32,000 bases of DNA from Candidatus Saccharimonadota bacterium (GTDB taxonomy: Bacteria; Patescibacteriota; Gracilibacteria; BD1-5; UBA2023), in assembly GCA_046350815.1 (NCBI GenBank), contig JAXLZO010000001.1, forward strand, positions 450,001-482,000. Reading direction: 5' to 3'. The notes under the pieces are model-generated. The model saw nothing but the letters and a program-made list of their open reading frames with translations, was not told the origin of the DNA and searched no databases. The position numbers and the translations under genes are program-made. Of this stretch, positions 1-13,987 are shown one piece after another (within the stretch, counting starts at the first letter, position 1; every line of letters starts with the position of its first letter).

Positions 1-185
1 CACCAAGTACTGAATCATATGATATGAAACAAGCTGATATACTTTATCAGCAGATTGATGAATTGATAGCAAGATCTGATGATATTGTTTCGAGAAAATG
101 GTTTTTGGCAGTGAAAAAAGTTTTACCGACTGTAAATCAGGTACTCTATGATCAGCAAATTATTGCACAAATTTTTGAGGAATAA
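1..185 (+). CDS. 3' end of an unidentified protein-coding gene; the start lies upstream of the window
   Basis: Open frame from nt 3 ending at TAA 183-185 (...KKVLPTVNQVLYDQQIIAQIFEE*). No motif recognised. Confidence 0.5.
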   Translation, partial: PSTESYDMKQADILYQQIDELIARSDDIVSRKWFLAVKKVLPTVNQVLYDQQIIAQIFEE

Positions 186-261
186 TTTTTCTTAAAAATC
201 TCATCAGAAAGCGATTTTATTGAAAGAAAAAAAAGAAAGGGAAAAAAAGTCAAAAAATCTT

Positions 262-289
262 TTGACACCCCAATCATTTTCTATACAAT
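262..289 (+). promoter_or_regulatory. Sigma70-type promoter of the rRNA operon
   Basis: TTGACA (262-267), 16-nt spacer, TACAAT (284-289), followed by a C-rich discriminator. It lies about 180 nt upstream of the 16S 5' end. Confidence 0.6.
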
Positions 290-466
290 CCCCCTCGCTT
301 TCGCAAGAGGTAACCCCTCCATCGAAAAGGTCATTAACACTCAACACAAGAAGAAAACTCCATCTCATACAAGAGATGGTTTTAAGTAATATCGAGTGTT
401 CGCGTAAGCGAAACACTCACAATCAAGATAACAGCGAATCGCGCAAGCGATTCAAAGCTATCGTTC

Positions 467-1995
<1,529 letters not shown>

Positions 1996-2399
1996 AATAG
2001 TCTCATATGATGATGGATGTTTTCTTCTGGTGCCGAGTGTCAATGACTCTGTTCATTAACAAACACAAAGTATAAAACGATTAGTTAAAAAGCAATTTAA
2101 CTGAAAAATAAAAAAGAAAATGAGTAAAGAAAAACAAAGAAATAAAAAGAACCAAAAAAGAGTAGTCTTTTCAAATTCTCATATTTCCAGTCTTTCTATT
2201 CAATTTCACCAAAACTCTTAGAATAGATGAGTAGCAATACTCTTATTATTCCTAAGAATAGTTATCAGTTTGAATTCTTTCGCTAAACGAGTATCAACAA
2301 CAAACACAAAGAGAATAAAAAGCTAATCTAGAGATAGAAGGCACTCAAGATATACTTCCCGTCATACGGAAATATATCTCCTTCTATCTTATTCTGGTA

Positions 2400-5351
<2,952 letters not shown>

Positions 5352-5541
5352 GCAAGCTTTTTATTCTTTTTGTTGACTCGTCAACCGAAAGCAATAAGAA
5401 CTGATATCATCAAAAAACGAGAGAAAAAACAACAAAGAATATACCTTAAAATATATCTCCTACCTTTCTTCTCTCAAACAACTTTTCAGTTGGAAAGTAA
5501 TTTAACTAATCGTTCTATACTTTGTGGTTCTCAAAGACAGC

Positions 5542-5660
5542 ATCTTGGTGTTTATAACGCGTGGGGTACACCTGTATCCATTCCGAACACAGAAGTTAAG
5601 TCACGTCGTGCCTATGGTACTTCCGTTAGAAGCGGTGGGAGAGTCGGTAGACGCCAAGAT
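5542..5660 (+). rRNA. rrf: 5S ribosomal RNA
   Basis: Terminal helix ATCTTGGTG / CGCCAAGAT. Internal CCTGTATCCATTCCGAACACAGAAGTTAAG is typical of 5S. Confidence 0.93.
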
Positions 5661-5862
5661 GCTATTTTTGAGAGATGAACATACTCGAGAGAAAGCAGCA
5701 CTAATCATTGATACACAATCCAGACTTGATAGAATGGAGAAAGATTAATGAAAAGTACAAACCAAAAGAATACGAAACCATTGGAAGCCACTCCCGACAT
5801 CCGTCGATAGAGACGCTTCCCTTTTTCTTTCAAGAGATACGCACCAAGATACAACACACTAT

Positions 5863-5939
5863 GGGTGATTAGCTCAGTTGGCGAGAGCATCTGCCTTACA
5901 AGCAGGGGGTCATTGGTTCGAATCCAATATCACCCACCA
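5863..5939 (+). tRNA. tRNA-Val (anticodon UAC), CCA encoded
   Basis: Cloverleaf by eye: acceptor GGGTGAT/ATCACCC, D arm GCTC/GAGC, anticodon arm TCTGC-CTTACAA-GCAGG, T arm ATTGG-TTCGAAT-CCAAT, then ACCA. Confidence 0.9.
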
Positions 5940-5958
5940 TAATGTTGATTGTAAAGAG

Positions 5959-5997
5959 AAATCCCCCGGACTCTGATGAGTTGTGGGGGATTTTTTT
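5959..5997 (+). terminator. Rho-independent terminator closing the rRNA/tRNA-Val operon
   Basis: AAATCCCCC...GGGGGATTT stem followed by a T7 run. Confidence 0.7.
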
Positions 5998-6025
5998 GAT
6001 GGTTTAGGGGAGGAATATTCGGAAG

Positions 6026-6059
6026 AAAAATCCTTACTCAGTGATGAGTAGGGATTTTT
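6026..6059. terminator. Bidirectional hairpin terminator
   Basis: AAAAA-TCCTTACTCA-GTGA-TGAGTAGGGA-TTTTT. It is flanked by an A-run and a T-run and sits just 3' of the minus-strand gene ending at 6077. Confidence 0.65.
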
Positions 6060-6076
6060 ATTAAGGGGGTGGAAGG

Positions 6077-6478
6077 TTAACGTGCACGACATGCTACAGG
6101 CATCGATGGACTTTTATTTACATAAATTTTCCATTCTGTTGCATTATCACATGAGTGAAATGCGAATACAGCATCTCGAATCTTTAAAAGAGATTCTACC
6201 TTTTTGTTTGATTCACCATCGCAGGACATAGGTTCATGACGACAGGTAGCTGAGTTGTCTGTATTGTCACGAAAGGTTGAGAATCTTTCTTTCACCGCTT
6301 TCATAATAGGATCAGAGTCCACATTATGACTTAATTCTTCATTTATTGGAGCTTCAGGTTTGAAAATGAGAAAACCTACAACCAATAGAACGAAGATAAA
6401 AACTAAACAAGTAATTAATCCACTTCTGGTCACTTGAAAGAGGATTTTTTCATCCACACTCTTATTTTCTGTCGACAT
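6077..6478 (-). CDS. Small N-terminally membrane-anchored protein, function unknown (133 aa)
   Basis: ATG 6476-6478, TAA 6077-6079. One TM segment (LITCLVFIFVLLVVGFLIF) followed by a Cys-containing ectodomain. The track's GVG-type start at 6493 is GTG; I prefer the ATG. Confidence 0.6.
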   Translation of the reverse strand: MSTENKSVDEKILFQVTRSGLITCLVFIFVLLVVGFLIFKPEAPINEELSHNVDSDPIMKAVKERFSTFRDNTDNSATCRHEPMSCDGESNKKVESLLKIRDAVFAFHSCDNATEWKIYVNKSPSMPVACRAR

Positions 6479-6715
6479 AACTTTTCTCCACACCCCATCC
6501 AGTCTACCTGAACGGGGAAAATTGAATTTTTAAAGATGGTAGACATCCTTGGTACAATTTCCCAGTCATAGTAACTGGATGAACTCATACTATATGATTT
6601 TGTCTATTCTGTCAAAATTCCCCTCGCTTTCCTTCAATTTTCCATATAATACCAACCGTTCTTGAACAGAGATACAGCGAGTGATACAGAGACAAGTCAT
6701 TATATATACTTCCCT

Positions 6716-6792
6716 GCCCGAGTAGCTCAGTTGGATAGAGCAGGAGCCTTCTAAGCTCAAGGTCACAGGTTCGATCCCTGTCTCGGGCACCA
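6716..6792 (+). tRNA. tRNA-Arg (anticodon UCU), CCA encoded
   Basis: Acceptor GCCCGAG/CTCGGGC, D arm GCTC/GAGC, anticodon loop CTTCTAA, T arm ACAGG-TTCGATC-CCTGT, then ACCA. Confidence 0.9.
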
Positions 6793-6808
6793 TTCTCACT
6801 ATACACAT

Positions 6809-6886
6809 GGATCATTAGCTCAGCCCGGTTAGAGCACTTGCTCGACATGCAAGGGGTCACTGGTTCGAATCCAGTATGATCCACCA
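6809..6886 (+). tRNA. tRNA-Val (anticodon GAC) with an unusual C at position 33, CCA encoded
   Basis: Acceptor GGATCAT/ATGATCC, D arm GCTC/GAGC, anticodon arm CTTGC-TCGACAT-GCAAG, T arm ACTGG-TTCGAAT-CCAGT, then ACCA. Confidence 0.85.
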
Positions 6887-6900
6887 TAGATATATACAAT

Positions 6901-6949
6901 AAAAAATCCTCTATTCACATTCAATGTGAATAGAGGATTTTTTATTTTT
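6901..6949. terminator. Bidirectional rho-independent terminator (tRNA cluster on +, trhO on -)
   Basis: A6 run, 13-bp perfect stem TCCTCTATTCACA / TGTGAATAGAGGA with loop TTCAA, then T6ATTTTT. Confidence 0.8.
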
Positions 6950-6956
6950 CAAGAGC

Positions 6957-8066
6957 TTAGTCTTGAATACTTACTTCTTTGATTGAATTCTTCATAGAAA
7001 ATTGTGATTTCCCAAACTCCTTCTGAATATGTGATTTAATTTCTTGTCTTGTTGCTTCGAGATCTCTCTCACCTCGATGAGCCTCTCGCATTCGATTCTT
7101 GTAGTCATATTGATCCCAGTCAACCACGCGAACGAGACCATCTTCTTGTGCTTTGTGATAACATTCTTCACTACAGAACCCTCCATGAGATCGAAATGCC
7201 TTCTGTGTTGCTAGAAAATGAGCATTGCATGGGGCATAGCGACAGTTGTGTATGAGGTCGGTAGCTTCCTCGGTATATATACACTTTCCGATGGTTGTAT
7301 GCGTTGTTTCATCGCCTACTTGTGTTGAGATACGATCATCGAAGGTATAGAGGTTACCGAGCCAATTTCCATCATTATACTTATTTACATACTTTACCAC
7401 ACCTCATTGGAGTGAGTAGAGCTCATCGAATCATTCCTGAGTCATCAGAACAGAGAGTTTCTCACATCGTATTCCCCCAGTACAATAAAATATTACTTTT
7501 TTCTTCCCAAATTCAGTTTTATACTTTTCAAGCAATTTTGGAACTTCACGAAAGTTGAGTGTTCCGGCTGGAACAGCATTCTTAAAATGCCCAAGATCAT
7601 ATTCATAATCATTGCGCATATCGAGAATGACATAATCATCAGTTTTTCCACTATCGAGAAGTGCTTTGAATCCTTCTGGTGATATTTCTTTATGAAATTT
7701 GAGTACTTCCTCAGCTGTTACCTTCGATCCAAGTGTAACAATCTCATCTCGAACTTTTACGCTCATGCGAGGAAACTGGTGATCATCGACGGGTGTTGCC
7801 TTGGCATCAATATCCTTGATATCGCGAAAATAGTGAGAATTCTCAAGATAATGCCTGTATGACCAGAGTTGCCACGTATTTCCTGTTACGGTTGAGCTAA
7901 TACCCTCTGTTCCGATGTAGACACGTCACTTGAGTCCAAGATCGCGACAAAAACTAAGATGTTCGAGCGCAATATCCATAACTTCATTTTCTGGAATATT
8001 GACGAATTTGTAGAAGGTAAGGAGCGAAAATTTTGGTTGATGTTTTGCGGTAAGTGGATTAGTCAT
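6957..8066 (-). CDS. trhO: tRNA uridine(34) hydroxylase TrhO (rhodanese-domain protein, YceA/UPF0176 family), 369 aa with 3 UGA-Gly codons
   Basis: Three track ORFs (7926-8192, 7431-7766, 6957-7400) are collinear in one frame. They are joined by TGA at 7926-7928, 7431-7433 and 7404-7406. Motifs: GLK-G-RVYIGTEGIS; the rhodanese active-site loop FYCTGGIRCEK; SLQ-G-GVVKY; and a C-terminal Cys cluster CIYTEE...NCRYAPCNAHF...GGFCSEEC as in YceA. ATG 8064-8066, TAA 6957-6959. Confidence 0.85.
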
Positions 8067-8103
8067 GGATTGAAAGAGTAGAGGCAAAATTTTGTCGATT
8101 ATA

Positions 8104-8132
8104 CAAAAAAAGAGCCTTTTTGCAAAAGCTCT
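8104..8132 (-). terminator. Rho-independent terminator upstream of the trhO promoter
   Basis: On the minus strand, an AGAGCTTTT-GCA-AAAAGGCTCT hairpin followed by T7. A TATAAT (complement of 8098-8103) for trhO follows. Confidence 0.6.
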
Positions 8133-8232
8133 AAATGGTGAAAATATAGATAAGTGAAGTGAGTGTGATCGAAAGCAAGAGAATAACCACAACTACCCCA
8201 ACTACTACTTTTCTGAGAGTATCTCGTTTCAT
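8131..8232 (-). CDS. Possible 33-aa single-TM micro-protein
   Basis: ATG 8230-8232, 4 nt after the upstream TAA. Sequence MKRDTLRKVVVGVVVVILLLSITLTSLIYIFTI, TAG 8131-8133, immediately followed by a terminator. Short and unverified. Confidence 0.3.
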   Translation of the reverse strand: MKRDTLRKVVVGVVVVILLLSITLTSLIYIFTI

Positions 8233-8236
8233 AGAT

Positions 8237-10267
8237 TTAGTAAGAATAAGTTTTGCCATCCAATGTAGCCGAATGTGTGGATATATCAAGTGGAATTTTC
8301 ACATTCTCTGTATTTTCTGTAATTATATCAACTATTTTTTCCTGAAGCTTTTTCAAGTCAGTACTCATAAATGTTACAAATTGATCGAGAGTTCCAGAAT
8401 TTCGTATTTGGAAGGTAATATTTGGTTGCTTCAATGCTATGTTTGCTGCTTCAATAGATCATGAATTCGATTTGATGCTGATTGTTATATTGTCATCATA
8501 GATTACATCTATAGCTCTCTCAGAATTGCCTGATTCATCAAGTTTTTCAATAGATCCAGTGCTCATCTTGAGTGAATCAAAGACTTGTGAGAGTGTTGTA
8601 ATCGCCTGTATTGTTCACGAAGATGACTTGACGTCTTCGTTTGACCAGTTTACTTCATATTTTTTATCTCGGTAATCTCCAAGATGAGTAATAATTCCAA
8701 GCGTTCGCTCCATATCTTTCAAGTTTCATCTGAGCAGCTTGAACGGATCGAGTGCATCGTTGTTATACGTCTCCGAAATGGTGTAGAAGTTTGACTCTTG
8801 GCTACTGAGAAACTCATTGAGTGTTTTTAAGATATTCTCAATGCTTTGAACTTGAGATGGTGGAAGTTGGACTGGATTTCTTTGTTGGCGATCGAGGATA
8901 ATATAAGGGACTTCATCAGGAAGGAAATATTGATTCTTGAGAAGCTTATGATAGTCACTAACAAGAGAATTTCCTTTGTCCAAGAGGTAGGAGAGAGTAG
9001 CCTTTCGCTCATCAGGAGAAGATATAAGATCAACAAGATCTCTCGTAAGACGTATCCACAATTCAATATTCTCACTGCTATTCAGGTTACCATTATTGAT
9101 GGCATATTTTGCCATTTGTTCGGCAACGAGATTTTGAGTGAGGGCTTGGTCGAGGGTTTTCGCTCGGCTACTTTCACGAAGTTGTGCGAGAAAATTTGAT
9201 CGTTCCTTCATACTCATAGCGTCTTTGTTGCTGAGATTATCACGGGCAACCACACCGAGATAATCAGAAAAGTTTTTAGGGGTTCGTCTGTTATCAATGC
9301 TGATTTTGACGGATTGTTTAAGTTTATTGATAACTATAGTGATATTTTGTGCTCTATCCACATCGATTCATGCAAGCTGTCGAACTTCATTTTCGAGATT
9401 TGAGAGGAAAATTGTACTGTCTTGTGTTGGAGATTTTTTATATCCTTCCATGAGAGTATTCAATCTTTCTCCAATTCATTTTTTTTCAATTGTTTCAGTT
9501 TTTCGCTTATTAATCATAAGACTTGATTCGATCGGATCGATATTCTCTTCAAGTACTATTTCTCTCAATATATTCACTTGATCTTGGATTTGACCTAAAT
9601 ATGTCGTCATCATTGATTGCTGCGATTGCCTTGTTCTGCTAATGAGTGACTCAAGATCATATCCTGGTGCAGCACTACGAATCCATCCTGGCTGTGTGAT
9701 GTCTGCCATCTCAACAGAGAGAAGCTGCGTTGCTCGAAAAAAATCAGCTCAACGTAGATCACTGAGTTGTGGATTGTGCGTGAGGCTCATTCCAGGAAGA
9801 AGTATAAGACTAGTAAGTGAAATACTGTTCGTGTCTTTGAGTGTTACATTGATGGGCGCTGTGAGTGCGGTGATTCGAGGGAAGCCATCCTTTGTTCTGG
9901 TTGTGATGAATACTGCATCTTCACCACTCGTCACATCGAGCTCTGGAGAAGAGAAGATATTGTTTGCAGAGAGAGATACTACTCCATAGGTTGGTTTTTC
10001 GAATTTCCAATTGTTTGTTATGAGGCTTTTTGGTGTTTCTATAGCAGAGATGCTCCAGAATGAAAGACTCTCACCACACTGAAGATAGTAAATATCAGAG
10101 CCACTCAGAGTGATATTTTGGCAGATACTCGTATCCGATTGGTTCGATACCGTGTTTTTCTGGCTGATCTTTTCAAATGAGGCAATATCCACTCCAAAGA
10201 AAGCTATAGATCAAAGCACGCTTGTACTGAGGATGAGAGCGAAGGCGAAAAATACTTTTGTATGCAT
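8237..10267 (-). CDS. Secreted protein of unknown function, 676 aa (7 in-frame UGA-Gly)
   Basis: Track ORFs 9749-10192, 9476-9709, 8726-9361 and 8237-8434 share one frame and are bridged only by TGA codons. ATG 10265-10267 gives the signal-peptide-like N-terminus MHTKVFFAFALILSTSVLGSIAFFG. TAA 8237-8239. Confidence 0.75.
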
Positions 10268-10369
10268 ATTTGCATTGTGTCATATATACCCCTATTCTGT
10301 CAAAAAAATCAGCATATTTTTCTCTTTTTTCTTTTTTGAATAAAATTTTATAAAGTGCAAGTCATAATA

Positions 10370-10400
10370 TTGGACAGATGAGGGTATGATTTGATACAAT
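10370..10400 (+). promoter_or_regulatory. Putative extended -10 promoter for the Cys-repeat protein gene
   Basis: TTGGACA (10370-10376), then TGATACAAT (TG-n-TACAAT, 10392-10400). The TTG 'start' at 10391 in the ORF track lies inside this promoter. Confidence 0.4.
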
Positions 10401-10426
10401 ATCTCAGTAGTTCTTTATTAATTTCT

Positions 10427-11461
10427 ATGAATTCAAATGATCAAAAGGACGTTGGTTCTGATATTCAGACGCCTGCGTGGTATACGAACTTTCTCTTACC
10501 TATCGGCTTGATAGTGGTTTTCTTGCTCATCGGAGGGCTTTATTTTGGATATCAATCATACTCTGCGAGTAAGGCTCCAAAACTTCCAAACGAATCACCA
10601 TCCAATATCAACTATCCGCAAGTTTCGGCGAGTGGGGTTACGGTTGTGAAGAGTGAAACGACTATGAACGCTGAGTGGTACAATGATGCATATAAGACAG
10701 GAAATGCTGCACTTTGTGAGAAGATCACGATTGAGAAAGATCGTCAATCTTGTAAGGATGGTATTTTTGAAAAGGATGCTGGAAATTCCCAAAATATTTC
10801 TGTGTGTGAGAAAATATTTGACCAGACAAGAAGGAATCGGTGTAAGGATGCAATTTATTATCGAGAAGCAACAGCATCAAACAATAACGATATATGTCAA
10901 AAAATATCGGAATCGTCATCACTTCGCATGCAGTGCATTAACGAAACGACATTTGCAAAAATCCGGGCAAGCTCCACGGGAGTCCTTGATATTAAAGTCT
11001 GTGATATATTAAGTGATGATGAATCAAGAAATCGTTGTGCAGATCAAGTAAATGCAAAAAATTCTTATGATTCTTTTCTTGTAGCTCAATCTTCCAATAG
11101 TATTGATGCTTGTTCTAAGATTTCAGATGTTACTCTTAAATCTTCTTGTATTAATCAGCTTGCCATGGATCAAGCAATGAAAAATAAAGATATAAGTCTA
11201 TGTAACCAAATAAAAGATGAAAACACAAGATCCACATGCCAAAAAGAACTTGGAAATATTCTTGATGAGCAAGCATATCGCCAAGCATGAGAAAAATCAG
11301 ATATAAGTCTTTGTGAGAAAATATCAAATGCGTGACTCAAGATTTCATGTAAAAATGACATTTTTATGAGTAATGCTATTAAAAATAAAGATCAGAGTTT
11401 GTGTGAGAAAATTACACAAGAGGAACAGAAAACACAATGTCTCACATTTACTAGTAAATAA
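10427..11461 (+). CDS. Membrane-anchored protein with eight tandem ~30-aa Cys-x11-Cys repeats, function unknown (344 aa)
   Basis: ATG 10427. One TM segment (FLLPIGLIVVFLLIGGLYFGY). Eight repeats follow, of the form (D/N)xSxC(E/Q)KIxxxxxxxxC. TGA at 11288-11290 and 11333-11335 are read through. TAA 11459-11461. Confidence 0.75.
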
Positions 11462-11469
11462 ACACGAAT

Positions 11470-13911
11470 ATGAAAATCAATATTTTATTAGGCATTGCTT
11501 TGGCCCTATGAATGATCATAACGCCAGAAGTTAGTCTTGCTGCAAATTTCTTTACTGGTGCTACTGCTTCTGATAGCATCGCTTCAAAAATCCCAGTTAT
11601 TGGTCGTATTGATAACGCAACGCAATCATGGAGTGGATCTCTAATTACAAATTTTGATGTTTGAGTTGGACATACGGTAAATGGTAGTATACCATCTCAG
11701 GAGATGTATTTTGATAATGCAAATCAATCTTTTTCTGGATTCTTTGTGCTCACTGCTGCATGTGTAACGACGGATTGTAAAAAAACTGATGGATCAAATA
11801 ATTGGGATGAAAGTGCATTTGTAGCCTTTTTGAATGATTCAAGCAAGGCGTATCTTATCCAATCAGGATCGACTGATATTTATAAAATGAAATGATTCGC
11901 ATGGTCGAAATCTTCTTGATGGATTAGTTTTGATACCGGTAGAACAGATACCGTAATATATGATAGATCTACTTGATGATTCGATGGGTTCGCATGGTCA
12001 AAGAATCTTTGATATATTAGCATGAAAGGCTTGGTTATGTTGAGTAAAGCCCCAAATATCAATATATCACATGGTGTAATGGTTGCAAATCATGATGCTA
12101 CCCTTGGAACTGGTAGTATTGCTATCCCGGATGGACTTGAAGGGTATAAGCTTGAGTTTACAGGCACACCTGTACCAAAGGATTCATCATGATCCGATCA
12201 ACCAATATGGACAGGCTCTACGGTAATTGTCGATCATATGGATTTTCGATTAGCTTGAGATTACAACTATATATTTACGGATCCATTCGGAAATCGTTCT
12301 GAGTGACCACTCAAGGTAGTTGCGAATGTTCCGGAATCAATCTTATATGCTGGCGGAAGTAGTCCTCTATTTCAAATTGTTGCAGCAAGTCCTAAGGCAA
12401 ATGGAGCGGATAAACAATCTATTATTGTAAACCTTCATGATACATACTGAAATATGATTAAAGAGGAGTCATGATACAAGAAGGTTAGTTTTACTCTTGG
12501 AATTGAAAATACTATTTCTCCAAATCAAACCGACTTTTGAGGTATTGATAGTAAAACCATCCTAAAAAACCAATATGGAAACTCCATTGATTTTTCTGGT
12601 GACTTGAACGCATTAAGCGAATTTAGTACTCAACGAATACCATATACAGCTACTGCTTATTCTAAAACATATACAAATGTAAATTCAGGAACGCTAAATA
12701 TTGTTAGTTATATGCCTACTGATGGGGCTAATAAAATCCAGATAAGTACTGCAAATTATAGCGTTGAATCTCTTTTGGCGGATACTACGAATGTTTGACA
12801 GGTTGCATCTACTAACTTTGCGGCTTTGCCACAAGATATGAATTTTTCCCAAGTAGGAAGTGGAATTTTTACGCTTACGAGCGGGGCTCTCGGAAAATTT
12901 GGTCTTGGGTTACCATTTGATACAAATTCAACATGGCCTCAATCACCAAATGTTTGATCGAATCTGAAGACATATCATTTGTATCACACACAAACAGGTA
13001 CTACGAGTCTTGGATGAGTATTAAGCTTTTCTGGCATAGCAACCTGATCTACTGTGGTTGACTCAAACTACATGCCAAGTCATACATGGAGGTATATTGA
13101 AAAATGAACATCGAATGGAAACTTCTCACTTATTCCTCAGGTTGATAGTGCTCTCACACAGATTGATTTTGATCTACAGCATCAAGTTCTGCATACATTT
13201 ACGGCTGGATGATTTAATTTTCTCTATAAAGTAGGTGGTGCAGCCTCCACGTGAGCTACTCAAAACCGTTGAATAAAAATACTCGGCAGTGCATCATCAG
13301 GAAATAAAGATGCGATCTTTGCTCTCAATGAAGTTGATAGCTATGCGAAAGTTGGAAATTTCCGAAAACCACAAGTACGCGATATGATTCTTCAAAATGT
13401 GGAATCACTCAAGCGAAATACACCGAGTAATGTTGCAGTCATTACAACTTCAGGTGAAAAATTAAGTAATTATCCATCAAAACAAACCATTATAGTGGTT
13501 AATAATGATTTTATTATCGACACGAACTGGTGATCTAAAACCGATTCACCGAGAGCAATAATTGTTCTTGGTGGTGATGTGATTATCAATGATAATGTAC
13601 AAAAGATATACGCAAGTATCTTTACAGATAAATGAGTCAAGGCGAGTAGTGCTCCTTCAGATAAACAGCTCTATATCTATGGTACGTTGATTTCTGGGAA
13701 CACGATTGGTACAACCGCAAAACTTGCTAATACTGTTTGTCCTGATTTTCTTCCTAATTGTACAGAACAACAGAAAAAAGACTATGATCTTAATTTCTTA
13801 CGATCATGAGCAGCTGGCGCATCATCATACCCAGAATATTCACTTGTTATCGAATATAATCCAAAGCTTACTTCTGATCCACCTCCAGGATTCAAGAAGA
13901 TGACTCGTTAG
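11470..13911 (+). CDS. Large secreted protein of unknown function, 813 aa
   Basis: I read this frame codon by codon: 24 in-frame TGA and no TAA/TAG until TAG 13909-13911. Signal peptide MKINILLGIALALGMIITPEVSLA. Duplicated motif GFAWSKSSGWISFD / GFAWSKNLGYISM. C-terminus ...IIVLGGDVIINDN...LYIYGTLISGNTIG. Confidence 0.8.
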
Positions 13912-13915
13912 TCCT

Positions 13916-13949
13916 GAAAATCTCCTAATATTAGGAGATTTTCTTTTTG
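13916..13949 (+). terminator. Rho-independent terminator
   Basis: Palindromic hairpin GAAAATCTCCTAAT/ATTAGGAGATTTTC followed by TTTTTG. Confidence 0.75.
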
Positions 13950-13987
13950 TAAAATGCATCCAAGATGTATGATGATAAAAATATCAT

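Noticed and set aside
6590-6899. Minus-strand ORFs 6590-6808 and 6612-6899.
   Set aside because: They run antisense across tRNA-Arg and tRNA-Val. Their conserved-looking 'GFEPVT / GIEPVT' peptides are just the reverse translation of tRNA T-arms.
6605-10304. Shared 13-mer TATTCTGTCAAAA (6605-6617 and 10292-10304). On the minus strand it reads TTTTGACAGAATA and contains a TTGACA -35 box upstream of genes 6077-6478 and 8237-10267.
   Set aside because: It probably reflects two similar -35 regions. A 13-mer in AT-rich DNA can recur by chance in 32 kb, and the -10 boxes and spacings are not convincing, so I do not call a regulatory motif.
10391-10426. TTG start at 10391 proposed by the ORF track for the Cys-repeat protein.
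   Set aside because: The TTG lies inside the TG-n-TACAAT extended -10 element. ATG 10427 is the first plausible start downstream of the predicted transcription start.
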